A stretch of 64,000 nucleotides of DNA from Microbotryum violaceum (Eukaryota): assembly GCA_001244265.2 (NCBI GenBank), contig CDLV01000010.1, positions 1,364,001 to 1,428,000 on the forward strand. Reading direction: 5' to 3'. The notes under the pieces are model-generated. The model worked only from the letters and a program-made list of their open reading frames with translations. It had not been told where the DNA came from and searched no databases. The translations under genes and the position numbers were made by a program. Below are positions 1-11,042 of the stretch, piece by piece (within the stretch, counting starts at the first letter, position 1; every line of letters begins with the position of its first letter).

Positions 1-1937
1 TTTCTCTTTTCGCTTCCTAGATGCCTCAGCCACGAGCTTCTCCAGTTCTCTCCTCTCATCGTCGCCTTCCTCGGGTTTGACCGTCTTGAGAATCGCTCCC
101 GTGAACATGATGGCCTGAGCCCGGCGGGTCAAGATCGCGTCCGTCACCTCGGGTGAATCCTTGACGAGCACTACAGGGTGGGAAGTGGATCAATCAGAGT
201 ACATCCCAACAATCTTCGATAATAATAAAAGAGTGTACTCACCAGCATCAACGACTTGTCGCAACACGGTCGACAACTCGAACTTGGACCCCTTCCAAGC
301 GACGAGCAACAGCTTCCCACTCATGTCGGCCTCAATCTTCTTAGCCTCAGCTTCATCCAATTCGCCCTTCTCTTGTCGTTTCTCCATCTCGGCCATCGAG
401 CGTTGCACCTCCATCCCGACGCTAAGGAACGACCACCCCTCTTTGACCATCTGCCCCTTCTCCTTGACCCTGGACCACCACCCCGGCACACCGAGCGCGT
501 TGGAGAAGAATGACTTTTTGTGCAGTTTGAGGTACGATGATGCCTTTTGCATATAAATCTGGCCAATCAAGTGGCACAACTCGACGCCAAAGCTCTCCAA
601 GGCCAAGTCCATTGTCTCCTCTTTGATCCTCGCGAGGTAACGCTGCGTCTCCGGATCGTCGTTCGCCCCGGGGTTCTTGGCTTCAACAAAAGGACGGATA
701 CGATCCTTGAGCTTGGATGAGAGCATCTTGATGCGTTGCTTCTTCTCCTCGGCCCTTTCCCGCTCGAACTGCTCCAACTTTTCGCGCTTCTCGGCTTCGA
801 GCTTGCGCTTCTTCTCCTTCTCTTCGGCCGCGTCGGCAGCTGACAACGAGGCGTGAGCACCCGCAGCAGCAGTCGAGGCACCTGGGATGGGCGAGGTAGC
901 CGTGGCGGTACCTAAAGAAGTCGATGTCGTCGGCGCGGACTTGCCTTCCATCGAAGCCGGTCCTGTCGTCGTTACGCCAGGACCCGCGGGAGTATCATCG
1001 ATGGTCGCGTGACTGATGTAACTTTGGGGAGGCGGCACGGTCGTGTTGTTTGAGGTTCCCAACGTGCTTGTTGTATCTGCTGAAGTAGATGCGGCGCCGA
1101 GGGTCGCGGTTGGGTCGGCGGCCTTTTGGGAAGGATCTGTACCCATCGTCTCGGCCTTGAGCTGTTCACGCTCCTCTTCTGTCGTGCTCAGTTCCTGCTG
1201 ACCACCAATTAAGCATCAGTCATTCCATTTGAATGATAGTAGCTTTAACTTCGTGCTTGACTTACGAATGCCTTGGACACATCTTTACCGAGCGAGATCT
1301 CGCCGATCCAATCCTCGAAGGCCTTGCCGCCAAAGATCTGACCAAACATCTCTCCCGGGTCGGGCATCGCCGCTTCGCCACCGGCTTCATTGACGGCTGA
1401 CTTTTTGCCCTGTTGAATTGTATCGGATGAGGTGTGGGGGCATGGTCAGCGAATCCGAGTGATGTATTCGTGAGCGACGGCACGGGTTCAGTGATGAGAT
1501 GACGAGGTAAAGACGTACCTGCTTATTGTACACCGCTCGTGCGTTTGAATCGGACAAGATGGCTGGTACGATGAAGGAAGTAGACGAATATGAGTATGGG
1601 AGATGTGCTTCGCGTGCCTTTGTTACGATGGGCCACGAACCATAAGCTTCGCCGATCTCTTGGAACCTCGCAGCGGCGGACTCGTCTCCAATATTCCGAT
1701 CGGGGTGGTTCCTTTGGTGTGGTTCCACGTGAGGAACGAGAGGTCAGAAGCGAAGCAAGACATTGCACATGCGTTTTATACTCACTTGAGGGCCAACTTC
1801 CTGTACTGCTTCCTGAGGATCTCTTGATCGACGTCGCCCTTGACGCCGAGGATGAGGTAGTAGCTCGGATCGACAATCTTCTCCCCGTCCGGACCGAGAC
1901 CGATGTTGTCCGCAGTGATGGGGTCGACGCTCGCCAT
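1..1937 (-). CDS. DnaJ-domain protein with C-terminal DnaJ-X domain (Djp1/Caj1-like), multi-exon, 3' end runs off the window
   Basis: ATG at 1937. Spliced J-domain reads YYLILGV...RKQYRKLALK|NHPDRN...AARFQEIGEAY with the HPD motif. X-domain segment LALESFGVELCHLIGQIY lies in the 190-1146 ORF. GT-AG introns. Confidence 0.85.
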
Positions 1938-2476
1938 GTTTGAGTATGAGTAGTTGGACTATGTAAGAGTGTGCGGGTGTGTACAAGTGGGATGGGGGCG
2001 TACGGGGTAACGAAGGAAGGTCGGGAACGGGGAGAGGAGGCCGAGAGGAGAGGGCCAAGACACGCCACGAGGCGGTGCTTCCGTGTCAGTCAGCGTCAGT
2101 CAGCGCCTTTCTCCGCACGCGCGCGCCCGAGGTGAGGCTGCCATGACGTTCTGCGACGGCCGTGTTCCCCTTTTTGCACGTGTTTGTGGGTAAACGGTCG
2201 TTCGTCAGGAGACATACTGGGGGGGAAAAAAGAATCAGATGATGTATGTACCTGACTTGATCATGAATATCTCGGGGATTTGGAAGAGTCGACATTAGCA
2301 CTTGTAGCAACTTGTTTGAAGATCTGGCCAGTGATTACATACATACTCCGCCGCGATCCCATCTGTAATCGATCGTGCCCACGGCTGCCAGCTGCGCGCG
2401 GGCTCGACTTCGCAGTCGGCTTCGCCTCCGCATTCTCTCCGAAAGACACGACTCCGCACTTGATCCGGCCCAAGTC

Positions 2477-3901
2477 ATGGCGCTCAAAGAGGCACGCAAA
2501 GCCGCTCCACCACCAAGATCACCTTCACCCTTCCACCCCGATGATTCTGACCCAGAAATGCAAGACATCACCGATGATGAACCGGATGAATGGCAAGAAG
2601 ATCGTCAGCGGGTCGGAACTTCGTCGTTCCCGGGCCAATATCAACAGGATGAGGACGGCGACGAGGACGACGAAGAGGATGGGGTAGCACAGTTTGAAGA
2701 GGATGAGGGGGAGGTGTTTGAGAGTGAGGACGAAGAGGTGCGTTGTGTTTGAGGTGATGTGCAGGGCATTTGCTGGTGAATCGACTGACCCCACCGTGTC
2801 CTCACCGCTCCTTCAGACCAACTTGGGCAAGCGTAAGTTGTACAACACATCCTGCATCAGCTCGGTCTATATTTTTGAGACATGCTGTCTTGGCTCTTTG
2901 CCACAGAACTGGCCTCCATCCCTTTCGGCACGCTCGTCAAAGCCCAACGCAAGCTCAACAAGCAGCAAGCTCAAGCTCGATTCAGGCGGAAAGCATCGGG
3001 GAATGACGACGACGAATCGGACTTGGAAGGGGATTCAGAAGAAGATGGTACAGAACAAGGAGGTCGGCCCAAGGTTTCTTTGCTGAAGGATAGGAAGGGC
3101 AAAGGCAAAACCAAAGTGAATGCTAATCAACGGTCGAGCAAGCATGCGTACGTCCGCCCTTGGGAATCGAGTTGGACTGGACTTAACACAGATGCGCTGA
3201 CGATTTATATTCCCGATGTTCATAAAGACCCATGGAGTTAAGCTCGAAGAAGCCTGTCACACGCAATCGCCAAGTCATCGAGGTACAGGCCAACGTGCGT
3301 GAAAGCCCTCCCACGTTCACACTCCCCACATTCGGGCAGCTGATCCTACTCCCTTCGTTTATAACTCTACAGAAAGCTCGTGACCCCCGCTTCGACCCCC
3401 TTTCAGGAAACATCAAGTCCGACCTCTTCTCTCGATCCTACGGATTCCTAGTCGATCAACAAACCGCCGAAGTCGAAGCCTTACGTAAGACCGTCGCCTT
3501 GGCGCGCAAGAAGGGAGGTTCTGAAGAAGAGAAGGAGAGGATGGAGGATGCTTTGCAGAGGATGGAAAGTAGGGAGATTAGTAGGAAGAACAAGGCGAGG
3601 GACCAAGAGGCGCTTAGGGCTTGGAAAAAGGAGGAGTTGGAGAAGAGGCAGCAGGGCAAGCAGGCGTTCCATCTGAAGAGTGGTACGTTGGTACTGAGCG
3701 GAATTGGTATCGCGTCAGGACGATGGGGACTGACCATCATATCTTGTTTTCCTCCGCTATCCAGCCGAACGCAAGGCATTGCTGCTCAAGGCCAAGTTTG
3801 ACGTATTGGCACAGGACAAGAAGCAGCTGCGCAAGACGATCGAAAAGAAGCGCAAAAAGACGGCCCAAAAGGACAAAAAGCTGTTGCCGCAGAGACGTTA
3901 G
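2477..3901 (+). CDS. RRP36: rRNA biogenesis protein RRP36 (DUF947), multi-exon
   Basis: Acidic N-terminus, then SKHA|PMELSSKKPVTR, ARDPRFDPLSG, SYGFL, and a basic C-terminus KRKKTAQKDKKLLPQRR*. Confidence 0.85.
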
Positions 3902-4014
3902 TGGTGCTTCCACTGTTTGAAGTACACCTTTTCGGGTCCTTCATTTGTATGCAATGCAGATTCACGATGAATTGAGAAGACGCAGGGACCATTGCGAGAA
4001 GAAACGAAACGCCC

Positions 4015-4317
4015 AGTATGGAAATAGAATGGGCGAGGCAAGAAGTGCTACCAGGGTGAATTTTGGAGAATGCATATTGAGTTCGTGAACGGCCTACCTG
4101 ACGGCTTGAACGATAGTGGAACAGCAGGGTGCGGATAGGGCTTCTAGTAAGGATGATCGAACCCATTAGGTGCATAACTTCGGACCCTAGAAGCCCTATC
4201 CCACCCTGCTGTTCCACTATCGTTCAAGCCGTTTGGTAGGCCGTTCACGGTCTCACTTTGCATTCTCCAAATCTATACTGGTAGCACTTCTTGTCTTCCC
4301 CATTCTATTTCCATACT
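4015..4317. repeat. Imperfect inverted repeat: arms 4015-4147 and 4187-4317, 39-nt loop
   Basis: Direct complementarity, e.g. ggcttgaacgatagtggaacagcagggtg with caccctgctgttccactatcgttcaagcc. Confidence 0.95.
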
Positions 4318-4320
4318 ACT

Positions 4321-4452
4321 GGTGCGGCGGCGGGTATGCTCCAGAAACGTTGGGACGCAAGTGGACAGCTTTGCCCCCACGTTTCTGGGGCTAACCCACT
4401 GCCGCCCTAGTAAGGATGATCGAACCTATTAAGTGCATAACTTCTTGGGACC
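4321..4452. repeat. Second hairpin (4321-4407) followed by a direct copy (4407-4444) of the first hairpin's loop (4144-4181)
   Basis: ccagaaacgt/acgtttctgg stem; ctagtaaggatgatcgaaccYattaRgtgcataacttc present twice (36/38 identical). Confidence 0.9.
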
Positions 4453-4625
4453 ATGGGAAGCTTACTGCATCGACGCACGTGAAAGATAGGTGTTGGAGAA
4501 GGCGAGGACACGACTCCAAAAGCCCGGGCCGTCAGTCAGGGCAAGCGGGTTGTCGTTGAAACGTAGAAAGATATACGGCGAGAACGGGTGAGAGTGAGAT
4601 CCACAAAGGGATCTTAATTAAGGAA

Positions 4626-5045
4626 GTCTACGAAGATGTAATGAAAATTATCAGCAGGACAGCGAGGCAAAACTGCTTAATCGCCGATCGGGCCCTTTCA
4701 GGCTGTAACCCCTACAGGCACCCATCGAGCACTGGCAGCCAGGTAGAGCAATTTGATGGACCCCTCAGCCGGCCGGCAGGCCGAGCGGTCGATCGAACGC
4801 CTGCCACTGCAGGCCCTGCACTTCCGGCACCGAGATACGCGGGCATAGTTAGAGGTGCAAGTGCTCACAAGTTTGGTCAAACCTAGTCGTAAGGATGGTA
4901 TAGATTCGATGCTGGTCGAGCAAGTGAAGCAGCAGGAGTGATCGTGGGGAGCGAATTTGACAGATTCGTGAGCACCGCCGGAGCTCGTCGACGGAGACGC
5001 GTCAGGAGTCAGGACGCGTCAGCTGGCTGCAAGCCGTGCCGGCCA
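4626..5045 (-). repeat. Copy 1 of a diverged dispersed repeat or gene-fragment family (others at ~9990-10262 and ~25110-25520)
   Basis: Reverse complement aligns by eye to 25110-25520 (gcccgcgtatctcggtgccggaag; cttcacttgctcgaccagcat; ggcccgatcggcgat). Confidence 0.8.
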
Positions 5046-5113
5046 GCGGCCAGTGCATAATCTAAGGCTTGGCTCAAAAATCAGCTGCTCGACGCGCGGA
5101 TCGACCAGCTTCC

Positions 5114-5356
5114 TGTTGAGGTAGATTACTCTTGCCTTAAATCTGCCTAGCGCGCGTCTCTATTTGTATTAGCCGCGCGGTCCAATCGCGTCTTTCCTTC
5201 TTCTTCTCCACTTGATTACGAACTCATTGGCTTGCCACTGCCGCCAACTCGTTCAGGTGTGTGAAGAACTCCTTTATTGCAATCTCACTTGATTACGAAC
5301 TCATTGGCTTGCCACTGCCGCCAACTCGTTCAGCACATCGCTGTTCGATTTCTACA
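5114..5356 (+). repeat. 5' LTR of copia element, with internal 48-bp duplication (5209-5256 and 5286-5333)
   Basis: Near-identical to 9430-9672; TG...CA ends. Confidence 0.97.
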
Positions 5357-5406
5357 GGTTACGAGCCCAACGTAGCGGCCCAGCCAACTCGAGTCATCAA
5401 GTCATC

Positions 5407-8400
5407 ATGCCCGGTGATACGGACACTGTGGTATCAGGGGGAACAACCTCTATCGTCTATGTCAAACCCCGCGATATCGACCCGTCATGCCACCTGCGCA
5501 ACGCGGGAGGCTGGTCGCAATGGATCAACGACGTCCGTGGAGCTCTCGGGGGCGACTATTGGAACTGCACGCTTGCGACGCCCATTCAGAAACCCAACGC
5601 GCGCACCGACCTGGAGCACGCCAACTTCCAAGCGATCGCGCTCTTGAGGCGCTCGGTCTCCCTCAACATCAAGAAGCAGATCAAAGATGGATTCGATCAC
5701 ACTCCCACCGACGTCTTGAAGATGATCAAGAAAGCGGTCGCAGCAGGCACAGTCACCGACATCTTCATCAAGCTCTAAGCCCTGCTCGATGCGGGTCCGC
5801 CTCCCTCCGGTGTCGACGCGTTCGAGAAGTACCAAGCCAACACCATTGAGCTGTTTAACACTCTTTCGGGATACAACCTTACCTTTGACCAGGTCATCTC
5901 GATACGCTTGATCCACTTTGGCAAGGACCTCTACAAGGAGTACTATACTCAAGCGCTCCGTCAAGACCTCGACAAGCTCCCTGATCCGATTGAAGCGCTT
6001 TAAACGCTTCAGACTCAAGCTGAATCCACGCCGGCACACAAGCCCATGGCGATGGTAGCTAGCTTGACCGCGACGGACAGATCTTCATCGACTCCGTCAG
6101 CTCCGTGCCGACACTGTGGAGGTCCTCACTGGAATCGAAAATGCCCCGTCAAGGACAAGAAGTCCAAGGCCTCCTCCGCGCCGTCCGCATCACTCGCCGC
6201 TGCTCCCGACATCTCGACGTTGGTAGACGGCCCGGTCCGCGGATACCTCACCGCAGCGATGTCCACATTGGCCAAACCTTCCCTCATCCTCGACAGCGGC
6301 GCGACGCATCACATCGTCAACGATCGCGCTTGTTTCACCAACTTCCGCAAGTGCAAGCCTGCTCCGCTCGAGGGCATCACGGGCGAGGCGGTCAATTCGA
6401 TCGAAGGCGTCGGTTCCGCTGTCGTTCGCTCCTTCGACGGCAGCATCGGTCAACTCCACCACGCGTTGTTCGTCCCCAGCGCGCCGGTCAGCCTCTTCTC
6501 CGCCAGTCGCGCCAACGCCGCGGGCTACGACATCAACCTTTCCCGAGGCAAAGCAACGGTCTCAGTCGACGGGTCGATTTGCCACACCGGGGAGATCACG
6601 AACGGCTTGTACCACATGCATGCTTCCCTAGTCGACGTCACTACTCTCATCGAGCAACCGGCTGATCTCAACTGAGGCTGTGCTGGGAGTCAACATGGAG
6701 GTAGCATTGAACGCAGACTTGAAATGTGATACATGCCAGGCTGGGAAGATCACACATCACCCTTTCCCCACCGTCGCGTCGAATCGTTCAGCCCAGCCTC
6801 TTGATCGAGTCCACATGGACCTTCTTGCGTTCGACGGCGCCGTGTCGTTAGGCGGCGCAAAATACGCCCTCGTCATTGTCGATGATTACACCCGATATCT
6901 CTGGGCAATTCCGATGTCGCACAAGTCCGATACCTTTGCGGCCTTCAAGTCGTGGCTTGCAAAGGTCGAGCGCTCCTCGTCGAGAAAACTCCTGGCAGTC
7001 CGCTCCGACAACGGTGGTGAATTCTTGTCGAACGAGTTCTCGAGCTTCCTGGAAGAACAAGGCATCACTCGTCAGCTTTCGATTCCCGATGCCCCTCAGC
7101 AAAACGGGGTTGCCGAACGCGCAAATCGCTCGATCACCGAGGGTGTCCGATCAATGCTCCACCAGTCGGGTCTATCTCACGCTTTGTGGGCCGAGGCATT
7201 GGCGACATATGTCTACGTCAAAAATCGCTCACCACACTCGGCAAATTCAGGCGTCACACCACACACGCGTTGGCACGGATCGAAGCCGTCAGCCGGCCAT
7301 CTCCGCGTATTCGGCTGCAGAGCGTGGAAGGCAGCTACCACCGAAGCGCGCAGCAAACTCGATCCGCGGGCATTCCACTTGTATTCGTCGGCTACGATCT
7401 CGAATCCAAGGGATACCGACTGTTTGACCCCGCTACCAGACAAGTTTTCAAATCGCGCAGCGTCACATTCTTCGAGGACGAGTTCCCAGCCAGGCGGGAG
7501 GGCATCACAGCAGCTCACGCGCCCGTCGCAGGCGACGACGACGACGACGACGATGACGAAGTCGTTGTACTCCCTGACCAGCATGCCAATCAGGCACCCC
7601 CCGACCAAGCGGAGCTTCCGGCTGCTTTACGTTTCGACGCACCGGGGCCCGCGTGGCAGCCACCCGTGGGTTCGCGCCCGCGCAACCCCCCAGCTCGTTA
7701 CGGCGCCCTAGCATCTTTGCGCTCGACCCCTTCTGCCTTCGCATTCTCTCTAGGCAAGGAGGTAACCAAACTTGTTGCTGATCTCGAAGCGGCGGGCATT
7801 GACACCTCGACGGCGAATCGACCACTCTCGGAACCAGAGGACCCGTTCTCGCTCCCGAGCAGTGATCCCACCATGTGGAATGAGGCCATGCGCCATCCTC
7901 ACGCCGCGGCATGGAAAGCGGGAGCCATTGAGGAACTCCGCTCGATGAAAGACGATCTCAAGGTGTTCAGCGTCGTCGGACTATCCTCCGTGCCCAAAGG
8001 AGCTACGATCTTACCAAGTCGTCACGTCTTTCAAACCAAACGCGACAAAGCCGGGAAGATGGTTTCACTGAAGAACCGCATTGTTGCACAGGGCTGCGCA
8101 CAAGGCCCAAACAGCTTCAACAACACCTTCTCACCCACGGCTAAGTACACCTCCATCCGCACGCTCATCGCGCACTCGGCCTCGAAGGGCCACCACATCA
8201 TTCAAGCCGACGTTGACAAGGCCTATCTTCACGGTGTGCTGGAGGAGGAGATCTACATGCGGGTTCCAACTGGCATCGAAGGCTACGAAGGCAAATGCCT
8301 CCGCCTTCATCGATCGATCTACGGTCTCAAGCAGGCAGGTCGAGTGTGGAACGACACGATCAACGCCACACTCGCAAGTCTCGGCTATCGTCGCCTCGCC

Positions 8401-9435
8401 TGCGACGAATGCATCTATCGTCATGAGGACGCTGGGGTGATCACTACATTGCACTCTACGTCGACGATCTACTCTTCTTTGGGCCGGATCTCGGGGAAAT
8501 CGATCGAGTCCTTGACCAACTCGACACCCTCTACGGAGTCAAATGCCTCGGCCCGGCCGAATGGGTACTCGGGTTCAGGTCGTACGACACGACGATGGCG
8601 GGATCTCCCTTCTCCAGCGTCAATACCTCCTTGACGTCTTGGATCGCTTCAACATGTCCGACTGCAACCCCTGCAAGTCACCCATGGAAGCCAACCTACA
8701 GCTTTTGCCGGAACCCAATACAGACTCCGCCGACAATGCCATCTACCGTTCCATGATTGGCTCACTCATGTACGCTGTTGTTGCCACTCGCCCTGATCTA
8801 GCCCACTCCGTCGGATATCTGTCACGTTTCGTCGGCAAGGCTGGCGACACTCACCTCGAGGCGGCCAAGCGCGTCCTTCGTTACATCAAAGGATCGCTCG
8901 ATCTTGGCATACACTACACGCGCACCAGTGCGCCTCTGCTGGGGTACGAGGGGTACTCTGACTCGGACTGGGGATCGGACATACAGACGTCGAGGTCCAC
9001 TATGGGTTACTTGTTCAAACTGGCGGGTGGGGCCATCTCATGGTCATCTTGTCTCCAACCTCGCGTAGCTTGTTCATCCACGGAAGCGGAGTACCTGGGC
9101 CTCTCGCATGCAGCCAAGGAGGCTGTCTTCCTTCGCTCGCTCCTCACCGAACTCGGTCTCGATACGTCGTCCCCTTTACGTCTTCTCGGGATAACCAGGG
9201 AGCTATAGCGCTCACCCAGAATCCGGTCTTCCACGCTCGCACCAAACATTTGCGCATGTTGGAGCATTTCGTTCGGGAACATGTTCGGAATGGAGAGATC
9301 TCGGTCACCTACATCCCAACCCACAATATGGTTGCCGACATTTTCACCAAGCCGCTGCCGCGAGTAGTCTTCCAGCGTCATTGTGACGCCATCGGTCTGC
9401 GCCGCATTTCAGGCCAAGAGCAAGGGGGGTGTTGA
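5407..9435 (+). pseudogene. Copia gag-pol polyprotein with stops and frameshifts
   Basis: Zn knuckle CRHCGGPHWNRKC; protease LILDSGATHH; integrase VHMDL / VRSDNGGEF / PQQNGVAER; RT QADVDKAYLHG / RSIYGLKQAGRVW; RNase H YSDSDW, SSTEAEY, ADIFTKPL. Split over at least 6 ORFs; the HH half of the integrase HHCC finger is not visible. Confidence 0.95.
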
Positions 9436-9672
9436 GGTAGATTACTCTTGCCTTAAATCTGCCTAGCGCGCGTCTCTATTTGTATTAGCCGCGCGGTCCA
9501 ATCGCATCTTTCCTTCTTCTTCTCCACTTGATTATGAACTCATTGGCTTGCCACTGCCGCCAACTCGTTCAGGTGTGTGAAGAACTCCTTTATTGCAATC
9601 TCACTTGATTACGAACTCATTGGCTTGCCACTGCCGCCAACTCGTTCAGCACATCGCTGTTCGATTTCTACA
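9430..9672 (+). repeat. 3' LTR of copia element
   Basis: Near-identical to 5114-5356. Confidence 0.97.
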
Positions 9673-9989
9673 CTTCCTTCCTCTCTATTCTCCTGCCGCT
9701 TGCTTCGGGATCAGACCGTCACTGCTCAAAGTCTTGGTTGTGAGTGGGTACAGTCTCTCTGCACTCAGCGCTTGCGATTGCTGCACTCGAGCAGTCGCTG
9801 TATGAGCTGGCTTTGTCAAACTTCGAACTCGCTGTCCCTCCCAGCCTCGATGATTTAACTTTCGCGCCCACCCGCTGGCTTCAAGTTGGCTTGGGACTCG
9901 CGTGGTTCTTGCGCTGCGTCAGGGATTCATTCTATCCTCCTTCGCTCGACACTGAGTAGTATCGACTGACCTGCCCCTGCTACATTCAG

Positions 9990-10262
9990 TCGCTCGACCA
10001 GATCGAAGTTTTGTTGCTACCCCTTCTTTCAATGTCGTGAGTCTTGGTACCTCCATCACTATCCGTTTGACTTCGCGTCGAAAGTGCAGTCGTTCGAATC
10101 GACCGCTCTACCTGCTATCGACGTCCATCACGCCCGCCTCACGTGGCTGGCCCCGCTGTTCGATGAGCGCCTGCAGAACGTGCAGCCTCGCCAAAGCCCG
10201 TTTGACGATCGAGCGCTCTTGCGTTGCAGTCTGCTGATGCTCTTGCTTGTACCGTTGTAGTT
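9990..10262 (+). repeat. Copy 2 of the dispersed repeat or gene-fragment family
   Basis: cgttcgaatcgaccgctctacctgct and gatcgagcgctcttgcgttgc match gcgttcgaatcgaccactcgacctgct and gatcgagcactcttgccttgc at 25.3-25.5 kb. Confidence 0.7.
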
Positions 10263-10384
10263 ATCTACTTGGACCCATTCGTCAGCTCGCTTGTGGTTGG
10301 CGTGCCACGCCGTGGCTGCCACTGGCTTTCGGAGCCGTGCGTTCGCTTCGCTCACAATTTTTCCCGTACTTCGGTGCGGATAGA

Positions 10385-10670
10385 TTGGCCGCTGCCCGAA
10401 AGTTCATTAGGGACATGGTGGTGACGTTGGGAATGGGGGCAACGTTTGTGCAGATCGTTGAGTCGACAGCCTTGGCCCCACATACCGTCGCTGCAACATG
10501 GCATATTGATGCAACTTCGCATCAGGCCTCCAAACTCCAGGCCGTCCAGGACGGAACGGCAAGCGGGGTGGATGACCTGGATAAACGTGTTGGCAAGGTC
10601 GAGGTCCGTGTGGACAGCTTTAGGAGAAGCTTGCTCGCCACCCGGCGGAAGAAGCGGGAAAGGAGGCGAG
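10385..10670 (+). pseudogene. Disabled copy of the 78-aa microprotein gene at 10735-11042
   Basis: ATG replaced by TTG, splice-donor region deleted, and a 1-nt deletion with TAG in exon 2 relative to the intact copy. Confidence 0.65.
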
Positions 10671-10734
10671 GAGGGCATGACCCGATCGTTATACCTCTCT
10701 TTCCCCCCTGTCCCCCTTGTTCCTCCCCACCCTC

Positions 10735-11042
10735 CTACGCCTTCTTCCCCGCTTCTTCGGCCGCTTGCCGAGCAAGCTTCTCCTCAAGCTTGTTCATACG
10801 GACCTCGACCTCGCCAACTCGTTTATTGAGGCCGTCCACCCGGCTTGCGGTTCGATCCGCCGCGGTCTTGAGTTCGGAGGCCTGATCGATGCAAAGCTGC
10901 GTTAACATTCTATGCTGCAGGACGGTAAGTGGGGGCAAGGCTGTCGGCTTACCTCGCGAGTGCCTCCGACGATTTGAGCGAAGGTCGCGCCCATCGTCAT
11001 CGTCACGACAACGTCTTTGACGAGTTTTCGGGTAGCGGCCAT
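10735..11042 (-). CDS. Predicted 78-aa microprotein, hydrophobic N-terminal segment plus coiled coil; intron 10882-10952
   Basis: MAATRKLVKDVVVTMTMGATFAQIVGGTRE|gtaagc...ttaac...cag|ASELKTAADRTASRVDGLNKRVGEVEVRMNKLEEKLARQAAEEAGKKA*. Confidence 0.65.

Larger units (their letters stand above)
5114..9672 (+). mobile_element. Ty1/copia LTR retrotransposon, structurally complete, coding frame disrupted
   Basis: 243-bp TG...CA LTRs at 5114-5356 and 9430-9672 with 2 differences. CTTCC TSD at 5109-5113 and 9673-9677. PBS ggttacgagccc at 5357-5368; PPT gagcaagggggg before the 3' LTR. Domain order gag-PR-IN-RT-RH. Confidence 0.98.

Noticed and set aside
4039-4066. agaagtgctaccag resembles the hairpin ribozyme AGAAGUCAACCAG segment
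   Set aside because: AGAA is paired with ttct rather than facing NGUC, and no loop B consensus is present.
4144-4444. Two 38-nt direct repeats as a CRISPR array or retrozyme
   Set aside because: Only two copies 263 nt apart, eukaryotic context, no cas genes and no CUGANGA/GAAA core.
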